Shown: positions 1-7,879 of the stretch, piece by piece | Layout of the letters: each line of letters opens with the position of its first letter | How positions within the stretch are numbered: position 1 is the first letter of the stretch | Source: Faecalibacterium prausnitzii | Lineage (GTDB): Bacteria; Bacillota_I; Bacilli_A; RFN20; CAG-826 | Length of the DNA stretch: 33,862 nucleotides | Direction of reading: 5' to 3' | Assembly: GCA_963611905.1 (NCBI GenBank) | Contig: CAVDTI010000063.1 | Location: 5,087 to 38,948, forward strand | Made by a program: the position numbers and the translations under genes | The notes under the pieces: generated by a model | The model's database searches: none | What the model saw: the letters and a program-made list of their open reading frames with translations, nothing else | Told to the model about the DNA's origin: nothing

Positions 1-509
1 CCTAACAACAGAGATGCAATAAGTGATTTCTTAACATTTTTCTTTTCTTCCAGAAGTTCTTTTTTTGCATTTTGCTTATTTATAGCTTCTATTTCTTTAC
101 AACAATCTTCGCAAAAATAATGCTTTCCATCATTTTTCTTCGCATCATATTCATAAACAATTGAAGTAGAAAGGAAGCCATATTCTTCCTTGACTTCACC
201 CATGCCATATTTGCTATTTGAATAGATTGTTTTGCCACATCTAGAACATGTTCCAACAAATTTGCCTTTAGATGATGTAGAAGAATATACAGGGATTATT
301 TTCTCATGTGTTTTCTTGCTTAAGATATCTTCTTTATTAATTCTAAAGAGTGTTGCTATTTTTTCGATTTGCAAAGAAGAAGGTTCTCTTTCATCTCTTT
401 CCCATGCGGCGATTAAATCTTTTGATACGGAAAGAAGACGAGCTAAATCGTCTTGGCTTAAGCCTTTCTTAACTCTGTAATATGTAATATTCTTTCCTAT
501 CGTTTCCAT
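1..509 (-). CDS. XRE-family HTH transcriptional regulator with a zinc-ribbon-like Cys cluster (partial; 3' end runs off the window)
   Basis: Hand translation from the ATG at 509-507 is open to the window edge: METIGKNITYYRVKKGLSQDDLARLLSVSKDLIAAWERDEREPSSLQIEKIATLFRI... This is a typical HTH_3 pattern. It is followed by CSRCGK...FCEDCC. The ORF is missing from the ORF track because it is truncated by the edge. Confidence 0.7.
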   Translation of the reverse strand, partial: METIGKNITYYRVKKGLSQDDLARLLSVSKDLIAAWERDEREPSSLQIEKIATLFRINKEDILSKKTHEKIIPVYSSTSSKGKFVGTCSRCGKTIYSNSKYGMGEVKEEYGFLSTSIVYEYDAKKNDGKHYFCEDCCKEIEAINKQNAKKELLEEKKNVKKSLIASLLL

Positions 510-512
510 ATT

Positions 513-533
513 AGAAAAAGCCCCATAAGGGGC
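513..533 (-). terminator. Rho-independent terminator after the 556..1047 gene
   Basis: On the minus strand, GCCCC-TTAT-GGGGC is followed by TTTTTCT, immediately downstream of the stop codon at 556. Confidence 0.65.
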
Positions 534-555
534 CTAAATAATTAATCTTCTGAAA

Positions 556-1047
556 TTAAGCCTTCTTGGAGAATAAGACCTTGCCGCCGATGAATAAATC
601 GATAACGGCAGCAACAGCAGAGCAAATTCCAGCAGCTAAGAAGCCCCAACCTAGCGAAACAGTTGATGCGCTTGGAAGAACAGAAACCCAAGTATTTCCA
701 ACAATAACACCAGATAAGAAGAAGAGAAGAGCGCAAACGAATGCAATAATTCCAGTTAAGAAATTAAAGAAGGCACCAACTTTTCCTCCAAAGAAACCAG
801 TAACGCTTCCAACGATGCCAAAGAACGCACCGATTAAAAGAAGAACAAACCATGCGATCATCGAACCATATGGATCAATGATTTGAAGAGCATCGTTTCC
901 GAAAACAAAGTCGTAACCAGCAGCAGCTTCACTAAATGAACCGGCTTTAGCAACAAGGCCATCACCTAATGGGAACAAGAGAGCTCCAGCAATGGCTAGT
1001 ACAGCAAGAACACTAAGTATTCCTGATAATAATGATTTCTTTTTCAT
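556..1047 (-). CDS. Hypothetical multi-pass membrane protein (Gly-rich TM helices)
   Basis: ORF 556..1056. The upstream in-frame start is a GTG that lies inside the GAGGTGA ribosome-binding site. The ATG at 1047 (MKKKSLLSG...) sits 5 nt after that site. The product is strongly hydrophobic. Confidence 0.6.
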   Translation of the reverse strand: MKKKSLLSGILSVLAVLAIAGALLFPLGDGLVAKAGSFSEAAAGYDFVFGNDALQIIDPYGSMIAWFVLLLIGAFFGIVGSVTGFFGGKVGAFFNFLTGIIAFVCALLFFLSGVIVGNTWVSVLPSASTVSLGWGFLAAGICSAVAAVIDLFIGGKVLFSKKA

Positions 1048-1074
1048 AACAGTCACCTCGAATGAACAACGATA

Positions 1075-1103
1075 ATATTACTAGTCTTGTCTCTTTTCTT
1101 CAA
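1075..1103 (-). promoter_or_regulatory. Candidate sigma-A promoter for the 556..1047 gene
   Basis: Minus strand reads TTGAAG-N17-TAATAT, about 25 nt upstream of the RBS. Confidence 0.35.
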
Positions 1104-1140
1104 GAAAAGGCTATTATTATCCCTAATTTTAATTGTCGAT

Positions 1141-1848
1141 TTATTGTTTTTCCTCAGTCTTCTCTTTTGTTAGCTCTGAGCTATTCGTTGGAACAAAGTC
1201 GAAATGCGCATTGACTAGGCAACCAAGGCAAAGAAGCAAGAACATTAATCTGCTTGCGCCATAGCCGACCCAGTATTCAAAATCGCCAACGCCATTATTT
1301 GCATTAAAATGCGAATAAGCATTGAGAATTGAGTATGAATCCTTTGTCGCCCCACCGAAAAAGAAAAATGCAGCAGAAACAATAAAACAAGCCCAATATG
1401 GCCAAAGGTTATCACCATCTAAAGCTTTTTTGAAATAGAAATAAATGGTGCCTAACGTTCCCAACATTGCAACGATATAGAATATTGCAACGATAATGTT
1501 TACAGAGCCAAGTTTTATGCAATAAATTGCACGAGTTATCTCATAAGCTAAAACAGCAATAGTTGATGCCTCAACCAAGGCGATATGGCTTGCTTTTTTA
1601 CGAAATAATAAATCTAAGCCAAAGCCTAAGAAGAAAAGCAAGGCTACGCCTGAGAAAACCAAGGCAATAGCTGTTCCGGAAGAATGTAAATACGCGTCAA
1701 CAGCTTCATCTTGAAGATATTCCAGTCTCCAGTTCTTGCCAGCTGGATCAGACAAGGCAACCAAATAATTAATGAAAGGAGCGAAGCAAACTAAACACAA
1801 AAGCAATGAAGCTATAGCAATCCAAGGAAGATGTATTTTCTTTTTCAT
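1141..1848 (-). CDS. Hypothetical integral membrane protein
   Basis: 235-aa ORF with about 6 hydrophobic segments. It starts 3 nt after the oppF stop, so it is probably cotranscribed with opp. No family recognised. Confidence 0.55.
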   Translation of the reverse strand: MKKKIHLPWIAIASLLLCLVCFAPFINYLVALSDPAGKNWRLEYLQDEAVDAYLHSSGTAIALVFSGVALLFFLGFGLDLLFRKKASHIALVEASTIAVLAYEITRAIYCIKLGSVNIIVAIFYIVAMLGTLGTIYFYFKKALDGDNLWPYWACFIVSAAFFFFGGATKDSYSILNAYSHFNANNGVGDFEYWVGYGASRLMFLLLCLGCLVNAHFDFVPTNSSELTKEKTEEKQ

Positions 1849-1850
1849 AA

Positions 1851-3098
1851 CTATTTGCCTCCTTTCTTAGCATCTAAGGCTTTAATTTGCTTCTTGTATT
1901 CTTCTTCTTCGGAATCAGAGCAAAGAACAAAATGTCCTGGCAATATTTCACGGAATGTCGGCTTTTCTTTCGAATAATCATGAGCTTTTGAAGGATCATA
2001 AATCTTACGAACACGATTATGTTCAGAGATAGGATCTGGCTTAGGAATAGCGGAAAGGAGAGCTTGTGTGTATGGATGTAATGGGTGAGCAAAGAGTTCA
2101 TCACTTGTGGCAAGTTCTACCATATTACCAAAATACATAACGGCAATACGATCGCAGAAATATTTAACAACCGAAAGGTCATGAGCAATGAAGATCATTG
2201 TTAAGCCCATTTCTTGCTTAACATCATTAAGTAAATTCAAAACTTGGGCACGGATAGAAACATCAAGAGCAGAAATTGGCTCATCGCAAATTAAAACTTT
2301 AGGATTCATAACCAACGCACGGGCGATACCAATACGTTGCCTTTGTCCACCAGAGAATTCATGCGGATAACGCGAGGCGTATTCAGGAATTAATCCAACA
2401 CGTTCAAGTGTCTCAGCAACTTTTTCCGAATTTTGCTTACGATTATAGCTGCCTTGAATATGAAGGCCTTCGCAAATGATGTCTTCAACCGTCATACGTG
2501 GGTCAAGAGAATCGATAGGATCTTGGAAAATCATTTGGATTTCTTGGCGTAATTTTCTCGGTGAATGGCGATTATCGTAATTGATTTGTTTGATCAATTT
2601 CTTTTGCTCATTAACATGTTCTTTGAGTTCGGTTTCGATTGCGGCGATTTGATCGTTATAGCGTTTCTCGATATTCTCTTTAACACCTGGTGCCTCATTT
2701 GCATCAGAAAGCTCAATATGCATTTGTTCTTTGAGTAAAGCTATTTTTTCTTTAGCGTGAATTTTGCTCCACTTAATTTCTTTTTCGTTCCATCTAGAGC
2801 CGCAAGAAACACGGACCCCTTTGTAATAAATAGAGCCGCTTGTTGGCTTATAAAGACCGATGATTGTACGACCCGTGGTAGTTTTTCCACAACCAGATTC
2901 ACCAACTAAGCCAAAGCATTCACCTTCTTTTACATCAAAAGAAACGTCGTGAACGGCTTTAGTTTTATAATCGCCAGAAGAGAAAAATTGTTTAAGATGG
3001 CGGACAGACAAAATGGTTTTGTTTTCCGCTAAGTTTTCATCATAAGTAACTCCTTTTGGAGCAAGGTCTTTTGGATTCCAAGATGTTTCGTTACTCAT
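1851..3098 (-). CDS. oppF: Oligopeptide ABC transporter ATP-binding protein OppF, with an insertion between Walker A and the Q-loop
   Basis: Walker A GESGCGKTT, Q-loop MIFQDP, signature FSGGQRQR, Walker B LICDEP, and the C-terminal oligopeptide/dipeptide ABC extension (HPYTQALLSAIP). Its ATG overlaps the oppD stop (ATGAGTAA). Confidence 0.9.
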   Translation of the reverse strand: MSNETSWNPKDLAPKGVTYDENLAENKTILSVRHLKQFFSSGDYKTKAVHDVSFDVKEGECFGLVGESGCGKTTTGRTIIGLYKPTSGSIYYKGVRVSCGSRWNEKEIKWSKIHAKEKIALLKEQMHIELSDANEAPGVKENIEKRYNDQIAAIETELKEHVNEQKKLIKQINYDNRHSPRKLRQEIQMIFQDPIDSLDPRMTVEDIICEGLHIQGSYNRKQNSEKVAETLERVGLIPEYASRYPHEFSGGQRQRIGIARALVMNPKVLICDEPISALDVSIRAQVLNLLNDVKQEMGLTMIFIAHDLSVVKYFCDRIAVMYFGNMVELATSDELFAHPLHPYTQALLSAIPKPDPISEHNRVRKIYDPSKAHDYSKEKPTFREILPGHFVLCSDSEEEEYKKQIKALDAKKGGK

Positions 3099-4644
3099 TG
3101 TTTTTCCCCTTTCTCTTTGCTGGTTTTGCTTTCTTTAAATTGTTCTCAATACGTGTTGAAACAATCTTAGGCATTTCTACTTCTGGGGCACGATCATCTA
3201 ATAACCATGTCGAAGCGTAGTGAGTGTCACTAATTTGATACATTGGTGGTTCTTTTTTAAAGTCAACAGCCATCGCGTATTTAGAACGTAAAGCAAAGGC
3301 ATCTCCCTTTGGAGGGAAAAGCATATTTGGTGGCGTTCCAGGGATTGCTTCAAGCTTTTCTTTTGAATCAACATCAGGTATGGAGCTAAGCAAAGCCCAT
3401 GTATAAGGATGAGCTGGAGAATAGAAAACATCTTTGCTTGTTCCATATTCAACAATCTTACCAGCATACATGACTGCAACTCTATCAGCCATATTGGCAA
3501 CAACACCAAGGTCGTGTGTGATGAAAATAACAGACATGTGGTGTGTCTTTTTTAAATGGTTAATTAACTCAAGAATTTGTGCTTGAATGGTTACATCCAA
3601 AGCGGTTGTAGGTTCATCACAAATCAAAACATCCGGCTCAGCGGTTAAGGCGATAGCAATAACAATACGTTGTCTCATACCACCAGAGAATTCAAATGGA
3701 TATTGGTTGAAACGACGTTCTGGCTCAGGAATACCTACTTCCTTCATGATTTCTAATGCTTTTTCTTTCGCTTCTCTGTGTGTAACACGGATTTCAGAAA
3801 GATAACGTCTGTGTTCAAATATCAAATCGTTATAAGCAGATGAGAAATCTTTAAATAAGCGAGAAAGAATCGGCTTTCTATTTGCTTTATGTCTAGAAAC
3901 AATCTCAGCCTTCTTTTCGTTAGTGGCTTTAGATGCTTTCTTTTTTGCAATAGCCAATTCTTTTTTGTCGATGCTTAAATCTTCTTTGATCTTAGAAATT
4001 GAAGCGATTCCTTCAATCTTTGCGTCTTCGATTTCACCTTGTAAGGCTTCAATCTCTGCTTCATGATTTTTTGCTTTTTTCAAAGCCTTAATTTGTTTCT
4101 TTAAATCACTTATCTTCTCGTTTGTTTTCTCTTTTGTTAATTGATACAAACGAAGATCGTTCTTATACGTTATAAACTCTTTGTTGATAAGAGAATCATA
4201 GTAACGTTTTAAATGATTGCCTTGGATAATCATGACCTCAGTCATTTGCTTACCAATTTTCATAATTGGGTTAAGTGATGAAAGAGGATCTTGGAAGATC
4301 ATGCCAATCTTCGTTCCACGAATACGATGGAATTCATCTTCTGAAACCTTTGTAAGGTCTTCACCTTGATAGATAACCTCGCCAGAATCAATACGTGCAC
4401 TCTTTGGGAGAATGCCCATTATCGTTTTGTTTGTGACAGATTTTCCTGAACCAGATTCACCAACGATGCACAAAGTTTCTTCTTTGTGTAAATCGAAAGC
4501 TACTCCACGAACAGCACGAACTTTTCCTTGGTCAGTGTTAAAAGAAACGTTAAGGTTACGGACAGAGAGAACAATCTCGCTATTGTCGGCATTTGCGCCT
4601 GTCTCGAAAGGGTAATTAATAGTCTTATAAGCCATATTATTCAT
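3091..4644 (-). CDS. oppD: Oligopeptide ABC transporter ATP-binding protein OppD, with a large Lys/Glu-rich coiled-coil-like insertion
   Basis: Walker A GESGSGKS, MIFQDP, signature FSGGMRQR, Walker B LICDEPTTALD, HPYTWALLSSIP. The start overlaps the oppC stop. The choice between ATG 4644 and ATG 4635 is ambiguous. Confidence 0.9.
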   Translation of the reverse strand: MNNMAYKTINYPFETGANADNSEIVLSVRNLNVSFNTDQGKVRAVRGVAFDLHKEETLCIVGESGSGKSVTNKTIMGILPKSARIDSGEVIYQGEDLTKVSEDEFHRIRGTKIGMIFQDPLSSLNPIMKIGKQMTEVMIIQGNHLKRYYDSLINKEFITYKNDLRLYQLTKEKTNEKISDLKKQIKALKKAKNHEAEIEALQGEIEDAKIEGIASISKIKEDLSIDKKELAIAKKKASKATNEKKAEIVSRHKANRKPILSRLFKDFSSAYNDLIFEHRRYLSEIRVTHREAKEKALEIMKEVGIPEPERRFNQYPFEFSGGMRQRIVIAIALTAEPDVLICDEPTTALDVTIQAQILELINHLKKTHHMSVIFITHDLGVVANMADRVAVMYAGKIVEYGTSKDVFYSPAHPYTWALLSSIPDVDSKEKLEAIPGTPPNMLFPPKGDAFALRSKYAMAVDFKKEPPMYQISDTHYASTWLLDDRAPEVEMPKIVSTRIENNLKKAKPAKRKGKNNE

Positions 4645-6733
4645 CTGCTCCTTTCAAAGATGGGTTGAAAGCATCACGTAAGCCATTACCAAAGAGGTTA
4701 AAGGCGATCATGATCAAGACCATGACTATAGATGCACTAATAATCATATATGGATAGTTAGCAAGTTCATTTTGAGCATTCGACAATGTAATACCGAAGC
4801 TTGTGATGCCAGATTCATATTGAAGTAATCCTGGAAGGAGGTAGGCAACGTTTGCTTCAGTGAAGATAACAGAAGGAACCATAAGGATAGCACCAGTAAC
4901 AATCGTGCCAACGCCATTAGGAAGAATATGTTTGAAAATTAAGCGGAAATCACTTGCGCCTAATGTACGTGAAGCAAGGACATATTCTCTTCCTTTGTAA
5001 CGATAGAATTGAGAACGCGTTGTTCCTGCGACTCCCATCCAGCCTGTTAAGCAAAGAGCAATAAGTAATGTCCAGAAGCTTGATCCCCATTTCAAAACGA
5101 TGATAGTCATCAAGACAATCCATGGCATGCCACCAAGAATTTCGGTGAAACGCTCCATGATAATGTCGGTCCATCCGCCAAAGTAACCAGAGATTGAACC
5201 CCAAATCAAACCGACAATGATGTTGATTGAAGCACTTAATAAGCCTAAACCAAGAGAGGTAAGCAAGCCAGAGAAGACAAGTTTGAAGAAATCCAAACCA
5301 TTTTGGTTAGTGCCAAATATAAATTTAGGCATCTCGCATTTTCCAAGTCTTCCTTGATCCCAATAATAACGATACATAGAAACTTTTGCAGTTACTTCTT
5401 TACGAACTGTTGTTGTTCCCATTGTTTTGGTTTCAACCCAAGTTTCAGTGAGAATTTCTCTAATTGGAGAATGTTCATCATCAAGAATTTGAAGTCTTGA
5501 AGCGTCAACTGCTTTATCTTTAACACCCTTCTTAGAGAATTCGAATTTCAAATATCCCTTAGAAATGTATTCATCTAATTGAAGAGAAGATACGGTAATC
5601 GTTTTAATGCCATAGGCGCCTTTATAATAATCATATCTAAACGAACCTAGGCTGACTGTTACGTCAACTAAGTTAGTGTTTGCCCCATTATAAGAAGAAT
5701 AAGCAAGCTCTTTTTCAGAAGAGGAGGTAGATGTCGCGCGTTTCATTTCATTGATTGGCGAAGAAATGGCAATATTAGAAATATTAGTCTTATCATCTTC
5801 TGCATATTCATGGTTTGAAGAAACTTCAATTGCTTGTAAATAGCAGGAATTAGAACATGCGGCTAAGCTTTTCGGAGTCAAGGCGATAACTAAACTCCCT
5901 TGGCTTAATGTTGTTAAGCCTTCCCAATATGTTTTTCCTTCATCCGTTGAGCAAATAGCATCCTTAAAGGAAGAAATGCTGATTTCGTCCAAATCCAAAA
6001 GATTTTTACGTTCACTTAATGTGTAATTGGCTGTTTCGCCATCGCTTGCTGTCTCAAAAAGGATGGTTATATCCATCTCAGTGTCATTTACTAGATTTTC
6101 TTTATAAAGATCTTTGTTGAAGGTGAATTTCAAAGAAATGGCATCGCTTGTTTCGAAACTGAAAGTTGAGGAACGGATTCCGCTTAAGCCTTCGACAAAG
6201 TTATCCCCTTCTTTTGTAACAGCTGGAGTGATTGTATATGAACCACCAACGCCATAATCCAGAACTTGAGATGATGTTCCGCTTACTTTTGATTTAGTGA
6301 CCTGGATGGCATCTTTAACATCTTTGCCATTTGTAACGATGGCTTCGGTTAAATATTGGCTTGAATCCGGCAATCCTGTGGTTGGATTCAAAATAACTGA
6401 GGATACCTCGCCCGTTCCATCCATAAATCCATTCGCGTTATCAAACCACTTTGGTGGCAAATATTTTGCATCGCCAACCGGGGTGTTTATATCGTTTGAA
6501 TCAGCAAAAGGAACGATTATTGCCATCGCAATAATAACAAGAAGAATGCCGGCTGCAACAACTGAAGAGCGGTTTTTGCAGAAACGTTTCATCGCATCTT
6601 TAAAGAAGGTTGTAGGTTTTGTTTCGAACTTTGTGTCGTGGATTTTCGCATCGGCTTGGGAAAGGACGAAATCACTATCAGTTATTTCTTCGTCGTTTTG
6701 ATTTTTGATTTCAAAATTTTCGTTTTCTTTCAT
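4637..6733 (-). CDS. oppC: Oligopeptide ABC permease OppC, with an extracytoplasmic insertion of about 400 aa after TM1
   Basis: The C-terminal roughly 220 aa form a typical BPD-transporter permease core (ASRTLGASDFRLIFKHILPN). The N-terminal TM helix is followed by a long hydrophilic Ser/Thr-rich region. Confidence 0.85.
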   Translation of the reverse strand: MKENENFEIKNQNDEEITDSDFVLSQADAKIHDTKFETKPTTFFKDAMKRFCKNRSSVVAAGILLVIIAMAIIVPFADSNDINTPVGDAKYLPPKWFDNANGFMDGTGEVSSVILNPTTGLPDSSQYLTEAIVTNGKDVKDAIQVTKSKVSGTSSQVLDYGVGGSYTITPAVTKEGDNFVEGLSGIRSSTFSFETSDAISLKFTFNKDLYKENLVNDTEMDITILFETASDGETANYTLSERKNLLDLDEISISSFKDAICSTDEGKTYWEGLTTLSQGSLVIALTPKSLAACSNSCYLQAIEVSSNHEYAEDDKTNISNIAISSPINEMKRATSTSSSEKELAYSSYNGANTNLVDVTVSLGSFRYDYYKGAYGIKTITVSSLQLDEYISKGYLKFEFSKKGVKDKAVDASRLQILDDEHSPIREILTETWVETKTMGTTTVRKEVTAKVSMYRYYWDQGRLGKCEMPKFIFGTNQNGLDFFKLVFSGLLTSLGLGLLSASINIIVGLIWGSISGYFGGWTDIIMERFTEILGGMPWIVLMTIIVLKWGSSFWTLLIALCLTGWMGVAGTTRSQFYRYKGREYVLASRTLGASDFRLIFKHILPNGVGTIVTGAILMVPSVIFTEANVAYLLPGLLQYESGITSFGITLSNAQNELANYPYMIISASIVMVLIMIAFNLFGNGLRDAFNPSLKGADE

Positions 6734-6751
6734 ATTTTCTTCCCCCTTCCA

Positions 6752-7819
6752 TTATTTACGGCTACCCATACGAATACGTGGGTCAACAATGCCATAACTT
6801 AAATCTATGATTAAAGTAGCGAATAACCCAATAAGGGTATAAATCGCCATATCTACCATGACAACAGAATAGTCACGGTTTGTAATACCATCGACAAACA
6901 AGCGTCCGATACCTGGGATTTGATAAATCTGTTCAAGAACCATGGAGCCAGAAAGAATCGAAATAAATTCCGAAATAATCATAGGGACGATTGGAACCAT
7001 GGAGTTGCGGAGAGCGTGTCTAATAACACTTTGTCCGCGTGTAAGGCCTTTTGTTCTAGCTAAAACAAGGAATTCACTACCCATAACTTCGGTAAGCTCA
7101 GCTCTTGTATAACGAGCAAAAGAACAAATAGAGCCGAATGAAAGAGCCATAACAGGAATAATATAGCCCTTAAAAGCTAAAAGTGGGTCTGCTGCTGCTT
7201 GCGAGTCACTAGGCCAACTTGATGGGAATCCTGGAATTTGACGGAGCCACAAAAGCAAGAATGAAATCAAAACAAAGGATGGTACTGAGATAAAAATCAT
7301 GATGATTGTGGATATCAAAGTATCAACCCAAGTGTTTTTCTTCAAAGCGGCAAGAATGCCAAGTCCAATCCCCAAAGGAATAGAAAAAAGCATGGAGATG
7401 ATATTTAAACGCATCGAATAAGGAAGACGCATCATAATAATAGAGACGACATCTTGGTTAAAACCAATTGAGGAAGTTGATGTTCCCCAATCCCAACGAG
7501 TGATAACGTTAATTAACCACGCTCCATAGCGTTGTAAGATCGGATAAGGCAAATAATAATAGCTCTTTCCGTCTAAAACGACTGTCTGAACCGTGCTTCT
7601 TGCCGATTCAGACAATCCTAAATATGCTTTGTAATCGATTTCCTCATAGAAACCAAGTTCTACCTGGTGGTTCCAGAAGACGAACTTCTCAGCCGCCGAG
7701 TTAGAAGATGGTTCTAGAGGAAGTGTTTGTAAAAGGATGTAGGTTAAAGAGAGGATGATAAACGCAGTCAAAAGAATGAACAATACGCGTTGTATAAAGT
7801 ATCTAACTGAGTCTTTCAT
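6752..7819 (-). CDS. oppB: Oligopeptide ABC permease OppB
   Basis: Permease fold with an EAA-type loop (LARTKGLTRGQSVIRHALRNSMVPIV). Positioned between oppA and oppC. Confidence 0.85.
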   Translation of the reverse strand: MKDSVRYFIQRVLFILLTAFIILSLTYILLQTLPLEPSSNSAAEKFVFWNHQVELGFYEEIDYKAYLGLSESARSTVQTVVLDGKSYYYLPYPILQRYGAWLINVITRWDWGTSTSSIGFNQDVVSIIMMRLPYSMRLNIISMLFSIPLGIGLGILAALKKNTWVDTLISTIIMIFISVPSFVLISFLLLWLRQIPGFPSSWPSDSQAAADPLLAFKGYIIPVMALSFGSICSFARYTRAELTEVMGSEFLVLARTKGLTRGQSVIRHALRNSMVPIVPMIISEFISILSGSMVLEQIYQIPGIGRLFVDGITNRDYSVVMVDMAIYTLIGLFATLIIDLSYGIVDPRIRMGSRK

Positions 7820-7879
7820 TTTCCTTCTTTCCGTCTAGCTGTTTCTAGACTTTATAAATCCTAAAGGCTATAGCCTTAC

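Noticed and set aside
232-886. Plus-strand ORFs 232..480 and 566..886. Similar internal or antisense ORFs include 2188..2370, 3587..3805, 4412..4615, 6297..6701, 9242..9571, 10476..10817, 17149..17538, 18124..18411, 22722..23054, 25254..25502, 31964..32371 and 32903..33166.
   Set aside because: All lie inside or opposite strongly supported genes, lack ribosome-binding sites, and have low-complexity mirror-image compositions typical of antisense frames.
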